Part shown: in pieces, positions 28,385 through 39,500 of the stretch
Position numbering within the stretch: the stretch's first letter is position 1
Layout of the letters: each line of letters starts with the position of its first letter
NCBI GenBank assembly: GCA_002269645.1
Contig: NIVC01001615.1
Span: 124,001 to 188,000 of the forward strand
Origin: Macrostomum lignano
Taxonomy: Eukaryota
Reading direction: 5' to 3'
DNA: 64,000 nt
Notes under the pieces: generated by a model
Database searches by the model: none
What the model was told of the DNA's origin: nothing
What the model saw: the letters and a program-made list of their open reading frames with translations, nothing else
Translations under genes and position numbers: made by a program

Positions 28385-29215
28385 TTATAATTACCTCTTT
28401 GGTCTCTTAATAAAGATAGTGTCTTATTGTGAAGACTTATTTTAATTTTATAGGTGTAATAATAATAGTTTATGACTATTTTTTATAGGTGACTTGTACT
28501 TATAGGCCTAGGCTACTTAAGATATTTATAGGCCCCTAGGCCTACAACCTGGGTCTTTTAGCATAGAAATAACTAATAAGGAATGATTAGCATTCTAGCT
28601 TTTGGATTAAGTATAGCTTTCCTATTTTCTATTATATCTTTGATTTTTACTAGGATCAAACTAGGAACCAATATTCCTTGCTATCATATCATTTAGTCAA
28701 GTTTAGGCCTATTACTTAGTCTTTGGTTATTACTTGTGCTACAAGCTATTAGATAATATTTAATTGGCTTTGCTTTTGTGCTTTTTTAAATTTTATTTTG
28801 AACTAGCAATATTTGCTCCCTGATGGGGGACATTTAGATAGAATCTCAGTTCTCTACAAGTAGCAAAAAGATAGCAAAATAAAGCCTTCACAAAGACAAT
28901 ACTAGTAGACATTCTTTCTAAAAAGTTTCTTGCCTCCCCAATATCAAGCATCCCTTGATAGCAAGTATCCCTAGACAGCATGCAAGCATCCCTTAGATAG
29001 CACAAATACTCCAGATAGGAAGCATCCTCCCAGATAGCAAGCATCTCCCCAATACTAAGTATTAATCAGATAGCAAGCATGTTTCAATCCTCAGATAGCA
29101 AGCATCTCCTTGATAACAATTATTTATCCTCAAATAGCAAGTATCCACCAGACAACAAGTAGCTAATGCAAAAATTTCCTTAGCTTTATAGTGGCTTCTT
29201 TATGTTTGGCATGAC

Positions 29216-30131
29216 TAGAGATGTCAATTCCCCAGAATTTCTACTCCTCGAGGTCCCCAGGGAATTTGAACCCTTTCCTCGGGGAATCCCCAAGGTTTCC
29301 CAAGGGAAGGAGTTAAATGGTAATTTGTTAATATCTACTAAGAAAATGATATTTTATACCTTCAATGTGCTTTTATAATACTTTACTTTGTTTTCATGCT
29401 CATTCACATAATCATACTGTTACAGGAGTCAGGGCCAGGGATGAACCAACTTCACCCAAGCCTCTGGCCAAAAGATTTCAAGGTTTCGCATCTCCCTCTA
29501 GCAGATACTTCAAAATAATAAAAACTTATTAAGAATAAGAACTAAAATCTCATTTTTTAAACTAAAGTCTTATTTCTTAGAAACAAAATCTACCTAAACA
29601 AAATATTAAAACATATTATTAGAACCCTAGAATAAATTGATGTACACAACTATAACAGCATAAAGAATAGCATTTGATTCTACTAAAGTTCAAAGAAATA
29701 CAATTGCTTCAAATTCAGAACTATCAAACTGTTATAGCTCAATTTAAGCTGAGCCGTACCCAGGGCCTAGGGGCCAGGTCAAGACTCGAGACTTGAGTCA
29801 GTTGAGTCGAGTGCAGCGCATGCGTGAGCCACTTTTAAATTGGTGCCAGCGTTGCCGCTGAGAAACACCAAAAAATATCATGATTGTCATTACAGTTTCA
29901 AACCATCACAACTCATAAGACTCTACTAAGTCTTTTGATACTGAGTCTGACTCTACTTACTATAAATAGTATAATACTATACAATACTACAGTATATAAA
30001 TACTATAAATAGTACTTTTTAAAATTGTTTTTTGTCTGGGGATGGGGATCCCCAGTGGACCTCCCCAGGGTGCCTCCCCGGTGGTACACCCTGGGGAGGC
30101 CAGGGAGCACTCCCTGGGGATGACATCCCTA
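29216..30131. mobile_element. hAT-family MITE, 916 bp, 8-bp TSD GGCATGAC
   Basis: TIRs TAGAGATGTC.. / ..GACATCCCTA; identical GGCATGAC at 29208-29215 and 30132-30139. Confidence 0.88.
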
Positions 30132-30409
30132 GGCATGACGTTTCTTTTTACACTTGAAATGGTATCTCCTTTATATTTGACAAAGTAGCTCTTTTTATGT
30201 TTGGCATGGTGGCTCAATAATGTTTGACATGGAGGCTCTTTTACATTTGACATGGTGGCTCTTTAATGTTTGACATGGTAGCTCTTTTATGTTTGACATG
30301 GTTGCTCTTTTATGTTTGACATGGTAGCTATTAACTTAGCTTATTTTATTTAACTAAATTTGTTTAAAAATAATGCCTTTTTTCAAGGTCTAACTCAAAG
30401 ACAACTTAA

Positions 30410-31077
30410 GTAGAAGGACGGGAAACCTTGTTTCTTAGAATTTTTTAAGGCACTTTTTCCCGAAAAAATACACTACGGAGATAGGAAATTTTCATTTTTT
30501 CAGCACAAAAATTGCTATTACTTTTGATAGGAGGCAGATCCAGTGTTCATCTTTTGTTATGTTGTGCCTTTTTTATTGCTCTATCGATATTCATAAAGCT
30601 TTTCGTTCAGAAAATTAGGATTCTATGTTAATTTTTTATTCTATGTATATTTTCACGTGTCTTGTGCCTGAAATACATTAGAATGCTACGGCTTGGCTCT
30701 TTGGTTTTATGAGTCTATTTTGTCATTCTTAACTGACTGTGTAGCAAATATTCGTAACAGAGATGATAAAATAGATTCATAAAACCAAATATTGGAGCTG
30801 TGTCATGCATTTTTGTGATTTTTAGGTACAGGAAATATACATAGAATAAAAAATTAACATAGAAATCTAATTTTCTGAATGAAAAGCTTTATAAATATCG
30901 ATAGAGCAATAAAAAAGGCACAACAAATCAAAAGATGAACACTGGATCTGCCTCCTATCAAAAGTAATAGCAATTTTTGTGCTGAAAAAATGAAAATTTC
31001 CTATCCCCGTAGTGTATTTTTTCGGGAAAAAGTGCCTTCAAAAATTTTCTAAGAAACAATGTTTCCCGTCCTTCTAC
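30410..31077. mobile_element. MITE with ~250-bp TIRs (GTAGAAGGACGGG...) flanked by TTAA
   Basis: 30410-~30655 is the reverse complement of ~30828-31077; TTAA at 30406-30409 and 31078-31081. Confidence 0.88.
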
Positions 31078-32006
31078 TTAAGTCATCATTTGTCTAACTA
31101 TGCACTAATACTTTTTTGTACTTTTTTTAAATAACTTAAAAAATGATTAAGTCTATACATTTGTAAAGGCATTGTCTTAATTCTTATTTTTTACATTAAA
31201 TCATTTTTGTTTTTCTTTAACCACTGTCTAAATATTTATTTGATTTAATTGACCCTGTTATGTATATAAGCATGATAAAAAGCATCTGGCCATGAATTAA
31301 GCATATATAAAAGCAAAGTTCCATAGCTAGGGCCTAGCTTCAAACCAGTAAGTAACCTTTTGGCTTTTCAACTTCCTAATCCTATTCAAGCAAGTTGCTC
31401 TGGTACCTATTTTATCCAGAGTTGTATTTTAGCAATTTCTTTTGTTGACTACTAGGTAGGCCTAACCTATTATCATATTATAAAACACTGTTTGAAGACT
31501 TATCATTTTAGGCCTACAAAGTAATAATGAATGATTTGTTCTTTTTCATGCATGCTGCATTGACTGAAATACTGCTGTTACCAGCTTCTAATTGATAGAT
31601 TTGCATAAAACACATCTGGACTGACTATCATACTATTAAGTCAAAGGTTTCCTACACAAAACAAGGTTTTGCATATACCTTTTGCATCTTTTTAAAAACT
31701 TTGCAAGTTATCAATTTTCTATTGATTTACTTCATTTTGCAATGAATATAATAATTTTATAAAGATATATTCTATTTATTAATAGCACAATGCTTGCGTA
31801 CAACAGACCCACTGAAAATAACTCAAAGTACGAACTGCATAGACACTGCTCCTGGAGACATATCGATTGCTATATTGCTGTCGCCTTTGCATCAAACTTT
31901 TTGGTTTTTAAATTGACAAATCAAGTACCAGCAAGCAGTCCACCCTGTGGAACTTTGTAATTACCTGTATCTTGCTGCATAAAGAAAGAAGGCGTCAATT
32001 TCAACA

Positions 32007-32741
32007 ATGTCAGGCAGACCAATTTCTGAATATTTGTCTGAGCGCAGTTACTCGGCTGTCTGTCAGGTCTTGCACATTTTTCTGACTGCCCGCCATCCTG
32101 GAATGCTGCTGCAGCAAGATCGCGTGACTGAGTTTGCTAGGCATGGCCTGAATGGGCCCGAGCATATTCAGTGCGCTAAGCTGGGCTTCTTTCCGCTTCC
32201 TTCACCTCATGGTGGTGCAATCGACGACAGCACCGTGATGGTTGTCTGCTTCAGCTGCGGCTTCGAGTGCAAGCTGTCCAGCGTCCAGCATCGAATCCTT
32301 GGCAGCTTCAACAGGCTGCACTGCCCGCTGCAGGCTGCCCGTTGTCCCAAGCAGCAACCAATGCAACAGGAGCTTTTGGGTGACGGGCCTTCGGATTTCC
32401 CGAGCCCTACGCAGCTTGCACAGCTTCTGACTTTCATTCAGAGCAATTGTGGCACAGTACTGACCGAGATGTTTCCGCCGGATGCAGTTCTGTTGTGTGC
32501 CGCCACCATGCTCGTGACTGAGCGCCGATCTCTGTTAAATCTGCAGCCCGGGTATCTGGTTGAGCGCCTGCAAGCTAGCAATTGGAACCGGCAATCGCTG
32601 TGGCAATTCCCCGTGCTTGACGAGGCGTCAACTTTTACTGGCGACTTCATCAACCTGGTCAGCGCTGGTCCCGGAGCTGTCGACCTGAGAGATGTTCAGG
32701 GTATCGGCTATTTAGTTAGCCAGGCTGTGATGGCTGAATGA
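32007..32741 (+). CDS. Intronless BIR-like (IAP-repeat-related) protein A, 244 aa
   Basis: DRVTEF...AKLGFF...VVCFSCG...CP matches the BIR R..(S/T)F...LA..GFF...V.CF.C pattern; paralogous to 36534-43207. Confidence 0.75.
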   Translation: MSGRPISEYLSERSYSAVCQVLHIFLTARHPGMLLQQDRVTEFARHGLNGPEHIQCAKLGFFPLPSPHGGAIDDSTVMVVCFSCGFECKLSSVQHRILGSFNRLHCPLQAARCPKQQPMQQELLGDGPSDFPSPTQLAQLLTFIQSNCGTVLTEMFPPDAVLLCAATMLVTERRSLLNLQPGYLVERLQASNWNRQSLWQFPVLDEASTFTGDFINLVSAGPGAVDLRDVQGIGYLVSQAVMAE

Positions 32742-32981
32742 ATGCTTTTTGAACTAACTAACTAAATTATCAAAAAACCTGTTTTAATTAACTCGAATAA
32801 ACTTTACCCAAAAGACTGCTATGATTATATATACTAGAAAAATTAGCTGGATGTCACTCGTAATTTAATTTGTGAAAAAGTAGAGCGTATACTTCTTTTT
32901 TAGTAGTTTGCCAGAGCAGCGTCACTTAAATCGATCGGGGTTTGCGACCTCGGGAGCTTATGTGATGAAGAATTAACGACT

Positions 32982-33989
32982 CAGGGGTCGGCAAACTTTT
33001 CAGTGCGGGCCGGATCGGAAGACTGGCTGAAGGGGGGCGGGCCAGAAAAAATGCACAACAAATTGAGACTCAATGACCATTTGGTATCCTATAGAATCGT
33101 TCGTTAAATTATTTTCTCGCTTGAGTTTGATTCCTTTCTATTTTTAGAGTCCAAATATATGAAAAAAAGTGAACGAATTAACAGGTTAACATGTACTGAC
33201 AGCTAAATTGTTTGTTATAGTCAACCGCCACATCACGACACGAGGGTACTACGTAATAGTTAAACAGTGGCACAATCCAACCTGAGGCCGCTGGTCGTCC
33301 AGCCATCCAGGGAGTAGTAGTCCAAAATCAGAAAATTAAGCAATGGCTTGAATTGAATCCCAGTATTGGCAGCTCGGCAGCTAATTTTTCAATCTCAAAC
33401 GCATCTTCCTTTAATTAAGGTCCCCCCGCGCACTGTCACAGTTTTTTACCATAGACATATTTTCATGCTTTGCGTGCACAAAACTGATACTTTAGAACTG
33501 ATTTTTTAGAATTCCTGAAATCAGCGCACAAACTCAAATGTGGAGAGATGTGTGGATAAAATTACCCAGTCACACTATTACCCAACATTAAAGTAGTACC
33601 CTCGTGTCGTGATGTGACAGGAAACGAAGGAAACGAATTCAAGCGAAAAAATAATTCAAGGAACGATTCTATAGGATAGCCGACAATTTTAGATGATAGA
33701 CCAAATAGACCAATAGACCAATTGATAGACCAATTTTAGATCTAGACAGACAGCACATCAGTTCAAACTTTCGAATATGGTATGGGGGGTAAAGGCCCAG
33801 GGGGGTAGATTTTGGAGGGTAAAGACCCAGAGGGCGGATTCTGGAGGGTAAAGACCCTGGGGGCAGATTCTGGATGGTAAAGAAAGACCCAGGGGGGGGG
33901 GCGAAGTAATCGGGGGACGACCTGTGGCCCGTGGTCTTGAACTGAAAACCTGATCGGGCCCTCAAGTGGAAAAAGGTTGCCGACCCCTG
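32982..33989. mobile_element. hAT (Charlie-like) MITE with TIR CAGGGGTCGGCAA; contains a nested 388-bp element (33229-33616) with 24-bp perfect TIR CACATCACGACACGAGGGTACTAC
   Basis: Both TIR pairs seen directly; no matching TSD found for either. Confidence 0.7.
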
Positions 33990-34334
33990 GCCTAACTGTT
34001 ATCAGTCTGGCGGGGGGCTGCGACACCATCCCTTTTATCACTTGCAATCTTTGTATAGCCTTATCTACTCAAGTCCTTTTTATTGCGTATTGATAATTTT
34101 TCCTACATTATTTTACTCGTATCTATTTATTCAAGCTTTGCCTCTGTTATTGGAATATTTGTTATTTAATGCTTGTGGATTGGGTTCTTAATTGTTTAAT
34201 GCTCGTTTTGAATTATTTTTCACCCTATGTAGTGTATTCTTTTTCGATAACTATTTATTGTTTATTATATTCAAAAACCATCAAGTTCACGTACCGAACG
34301 TTACGAAATAATCCAAAACTGTGGGAGGGGGCGA

Positions 34335-34408
34335 AGGAGCTTAGCGGTAAGCGGATCTGACTCTCGCGTCACGACACCTGGTTCGATTCCGTCCGCAGCT
34401 ACATTAGT
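34335..34408 (+). other. tRNA-derived SINE head or pseudo-tRNA
   Basis: D-arm-like GCTT-AGCGGT-AAGC and B-box GGTTCGATTCC; the anticodon and acceptor stems do not pair properly. Confidence 0.45.
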
Positions 34409-35242
34409 TTAGGGCTTGTGTGTTCACGAAAGTTGGCTGTTGGCGTTAGACTTACCTATGAAAAAAACCTATGTAAAAATTAACGTAATTGTGGGTAAAC
34501 GGCAGGAGTAACTTTAACTGTATTCTAAAGGCTAAGGCCTCGTCATCTAGTTAGTACTACGTCTTTTTTTGGGTGGGCATTTTTACAACTTACCTTGGCT
34601 GGGCCCCTCACCTAAAAGTGAGATTCTGAGTCGCGATATGTCAGAACTGGTGTAGTGGTGTCTGAGTGGTGGCTTAGCAAGCACTTCACCTGTAGACACC
34701 TGCGTTTGAAGTTCTGTCCAAGTCTCAGTGAGCAACCTTATGCACACACTGTAACAGAATTACTTTAAATCCTTTCCTTGCTACTATTCAGTAGGCAATT
34801 TTCTATGTGGGTGATGATTCGAGAATTGAATTTGGCCATGCACCAAACCTTCCTTGATAATTGAATTTTATTTTCAAATAATAAAAGTTGGGACTGGAGA
34901 CGCAGACTTGCAAGTTAGAAATTCGCCTAATCGAGTATGGTATCGTGACAATTGACAGCTGCGAACTCCGTTACCCTTAAATTTAGCTGAAACGTGTTTT
35001 GTTATTTTTCTTTAATCAAATTTTCTGTTTTCTTTATTTTTTACGCGTCAATAAGCTATATTTATTTCACTTCTACTCACTTAATAAAAATATTTACCTT
35101 GTTTACGTATGGCGGGTATAAAAAACTGCCTTAATATCTTTGCTTTTATCAATAGTAATTCATTAGTGTTTTTAATAGGCAATATTTGTAGCCTCATCCC
35201 AGATCCCCTATATGCCCATGCAGTCATTCCCAGACCTCATAG

Positions 35243-36150
35243 AGCCATGAAGTTCCTGTCTAAGACTCCACAGAGCCATGAAGTTCCTGTCCTAGACTCC
35301 AGAGCCATGCAGTTGCAGTTCCTGTCTGAGACTCCACAGAGCCATGAAGTTCCTGTCTGAGACTCCACAGAGCCATGCAGTTCCTGTCCTAGACTCCAGA
35401 GCCATGCAGTTCCTGTCCTAGACTCCAGAGCCATGCAGTTCCTGTCCTAGACTCCACAGAGCCATGCAGTTCCTGTCCTAGACTCCAGAGCCATGAAGTT
35501 CCTGTCCTAGACTCCAGAGCCATGCAGTTCCTGTCCTAGACTCCAGAGCCATGCAGTTCCTTTCCTAGACTCCACAGAGCCATGCAGTTCCTGTCTGAGA
35601 CTCCACAGAGCCACGAAGTTCCTGTCTGAGACTCCACAGAGCCATGAAGTTCCTGTCTGAGACTCCACAGAGCCACGAAGTTCCTGTCTGAGACTCCACA
35701 GAGCCATGAAGTTCCTGTCTGAGACTCCACAGAGCCACGAAGTTCCTGTCTGAGACTCCACAGAGCCATGAAGTTCCTGTCTGAGACTCCACAGAGCCAC
35801 GAAGTTCCTGTCTGAGACTCCACAGAGCCATGAAGTTCCTGTCTGAGACTCCACAGAGCCACGAAGTTCCTGTCTGAGACTCCACAGAGCCACGAAGTTC
35901 CTGTCTGAGACTCCACAGAGCCACGAAGTTCCTGTCTGAGACTCCACAGAGCCACGAAGTTCCTGTCTGAGACTCCACAGAGCCACGAAGTTCCTGTCTG
36001 AGACTCCACAGAGCCACGAAGTTCCTGTCTGAGACTCCACAGAGCCACGAAGTTCCTGTCTGAGACTCCACAGAGCCACGAAGTTCCTGTCTGAGACTCC
36101 ACAGAGCCACGAAGTTCCTGTCTGAGACTCCACAGAGCCACGAAGTTCCT
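35243..36150. repeat. Minisatellite, 31-bp unit (GAGACTCCACAGAGCCAYGAAGTTCCTGTCT)
   Basis: ~29 copies; just upstream of BIR-like gene B. Confidence 0.96.
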
Positions 36151-36533
36151 GTTTTTAACTCCAGAACCATTCACATGCATTCGGAACATATTTTGAATTT
36201 TCGTCAAACGTGACTACTTCATTTATTTTCACGGTTTTTATTCATGCTTATGAATTTTATCATTATTCCACTCGAAGGTCGGAAGCATCTCTGAATCGGC
36301 CGTGTCTATTAAATTAATGGGAGTTCTTACAAACAGTATCAGTGTAAAACCCGTGGTCTTTCATCGAATATCAGTGTTCATTGAGCTTCACAGATACTGC
36401 AGCTCTCGTCATATTGACACGTACTTGCTGGACTGCACTCTGCTTAATCTGCTGTCACAGCTGTTTAAAGGCAGCGCTGTGTGTGGCGACTAAACTTCAT
36501 AGAGCCAGCTGACTTACAAAAATTACTGCCAAT

Positions 36534-39500
36534 ATGAATGTTGAACTGCCTGAAACTAAGAAAATTTCTCGCTATCTGTCAAGCTCTGTGAATTTGAACT
36601 CCATTACTTCAATTCTTCTGCTATGGCTCAATGCTGTTTACCAAACTTCGTTCCTGGAAAAGGACCGTTTGGCAAGCTTTCTGGTGTATTTTCCTGCTCT
36701 GAACCAGGAGTTTGAAAACCTCGCCGCACTTGGCTTCTTTGCCATTTCTCAGCATGAAATTGTTTGCTTCGCCTGTGGCCTGCGCTGCCAGATAAGAAGG
36801 TGAGCAGGCTTGATAGGGCTGCATCTGAAAGGCCAGTCAAGGGGGTAGCCAGCCACTGACGGGACAGTGAGGCGGGGGGGGTTAACCAGCCACTGGCGGG
36901 ACAGTGAGGCGGAGGGGGGGTACCCAGCCAGGGTCAGAGAAGGGGGTAGCCAGCCACTGAAGGGTCAGAGAAGGGGGTAGCCAGCCAGGGTCAGAGAAGG
37001 GGGTAGCCAGCTACTGAAGGGTCAGAGAAGGAGGTTAGCCAGTCACTGAGGGGTCGGAGAAGGGGGTAGCCAGCCACTGAGGGGTCAGAGAAGGGGGTAG
37101 CCAGCCACTGAGGGGTCAGAGAAGGGGGTAGCCAGCCACTGAGGGGTCAGAGAAGGGGGTAGCCAGCCACTGAGGGGTCAGAGAAGGGGGTAGCCAGCCA
37201 CTGAGGGGTCAGAGGGGTGTAGCCAGCCACTGAGGGGTCAGAGAAGGGGGTAGCCAGCCACTGAGGGGTCAGAGAAGGGGGTAGCCAGCCACCGAGGGGT
37301 CAGTAAAAAGGGGTAGCCAGCTACTGACGGATTAGAGACAATATATAGTTTTATAGTGTTTGAATCTGGTCTATGAAAGTTTTTTAAAACAGATAGCCCA
37401 GTGCTGCTCTCCAACAGACAAATCATGACCGTAACGTTCAATGTCTGCACAATTGCTATATAATTCAAAACGCTTTCATTTGCAGACAGCTGCAGCCCCG
37501 ACCCGGCATCTTGAACAATCCCACCTGTCCGCTTCAAGCTGCTCGGCTGTACTGCGGCGGTGGCAGCGGCGACCGTGAGCTGGGCTTGCCGATACCTGAG
37601 CTGCGCTGCCTGAGGCCCACGATCTGGCTTCGATTTGTTGATCTTAAAGCTATCAGCGATGTGAGCAATAGGCCTTAACCTCTTCAAGACTGGGCCCAAA
37701 ATTTTTCATCTCCGTTCCAGTCGGATGGTAAGCAGTGCTTACCATAGACTATTTGGCTTCTGACTGAGCCATAGATATTTTTTCTCTCCGTTCCGGTCGG
37801 CATGGTAAGCAATGCTTATCAATAGACATTCAGTCGGCTGGGGTAGAAAAATAAGCAAAAATGTACATTTAAGTAGCCTGTTTCTAGACTGAAAGCACAC
37901 TGGTCCCTGTACAAGAGGAATGGGCAACACGAACAGTATAAGAAACGTTCTTTTCCTAGCCCCAGTCAGTTCAAACAGAGAAGCTGATCCATCTCCTTAC
38001 TCGTCTAGCTTTTTGACAGCTTATTCAGTCGTGCTTTATACTACAGTGGTTCTTTGACTCCTTAAGTTTTCGTTTCCTATACTTTATCTGTCTCAGTATG
38101 GTTTGAGCCGAATACTATAAAATCAGTTCTCAAAGAGCTTTGAAATGGCCCAAGTGGACGAAATGTCTGAACTCATGACATCGGACGACGAGGACTACCT
38201 CTTATCAGATGATTCTTCTGGTGAGTCAGATGTTCTGGACAGTGTTGATGAGGACGTACAGGTTGCTGATGAGTTGTCGTGGCGGCCTGCTATCGTTGGG
38301 AACGACGCATCGACGAGAGATATCGAGTTTTTCGGAACACCTGGCCTGAATCCTGGAATAATAGTGCCTGCCGATGTTGAGAACTCAACTTCCTTCTTCT
38401 TAGGTTTATTCCTGTCTGATTCGTTGTTTGAAGATCTAGCTATGTGGACTAACCGTAGAGCTTGGGCAGCAATTCATTCATTGGATGCTGATGACCTGCC
38501 TGTGAGTTTGTTACAGTGGAACGAATGTAGCGCAAACGAAGTCAAGAAGTTGATTGGCATGTACCTGTACATGGGAAGCAACAAGAAGACTGAGATGAAT
38601 GACTACTGGAGTACTGGCAGCTACCACTCGACACCATACTTTCAAGCACCTGAGGCGCTCTCTAGAGACCGCTTCAAGCAATTGCTCGGCTTTCTTCGCT
38701 TTTATGATTGCCTTGAGGATCCCACACCTGGTGATCCGTTGTACAAGATTCGTCCATTTTTGAACAATTTGCGTGACACCTGCGTGAACATCTACAGACC
38801 TGACGAAGAAATAAGTGTTGACGAATCGTTGGTTCTTTACAAAGGACGATTAGGCTTCAAGCAATACATTCCAACTAAGCGCGCCAGGTATGGCATCAAG
38901 GTGTACTGTGCTTGTGAGTCTGAAACAGGCTACTTGTTCAACTTTCGAGTTCATGCTACTCCGGAGGAGAATCGTAGATTTGCTTTAGATCCACAAAGCG
39001 GAAACCTGTCATTCAGCGAAAAAATTGTTGTCGAGCTTTGCCAAGATCTGTTGGACCAAGGCTACCGCATTTTTGCCGACAAGTGGTTTGGTTCTTATCG
39101 GTTGGCTATGTACCTCCTGGATCGAGATACTCATCTGACTTGCACCATACGAGCTGACCGAGGCGTGCCGATTGAGCTCAGGCAGTTAAATGTGCCGCCC
39201 AATGATGTCGGCTTCATGCGCAAGGGTGCCGTACTGGCCGCAAAGATTGTTGAAAGAAAGGAAAGCGGTCTAAAAACGTTGTATTTGCTGGACACAAAGG
39301 AGGCAGCATCAAAAGTTCCAGTCCGACGAATCGCCCGAGGTGGAGCAGCGGCTGCAGTGCAGAAGTGCCGCTCAGCTTTGAGTTACAACCGCTGCATGGG
39401 CGGCGTCGATCGAATGGACGGCCACATGCAGCCCTACCAGCCTGCTCGGAAAACCAGAAAATGGTTTTTGAAACTTGGTTTGCACCTGTGCTTGCAGATG

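Noticed and set aside
34445-34600. ACTTACCT motifs (U1 5' end-like, or minus-strand donors)
   Set aside because: No U1 body follows; as donors they gave no credible coding exon.
35507-36207. Three overlapping ~200-aa ORFs
   Set aside because: The 31-bp array read in rotating frames.
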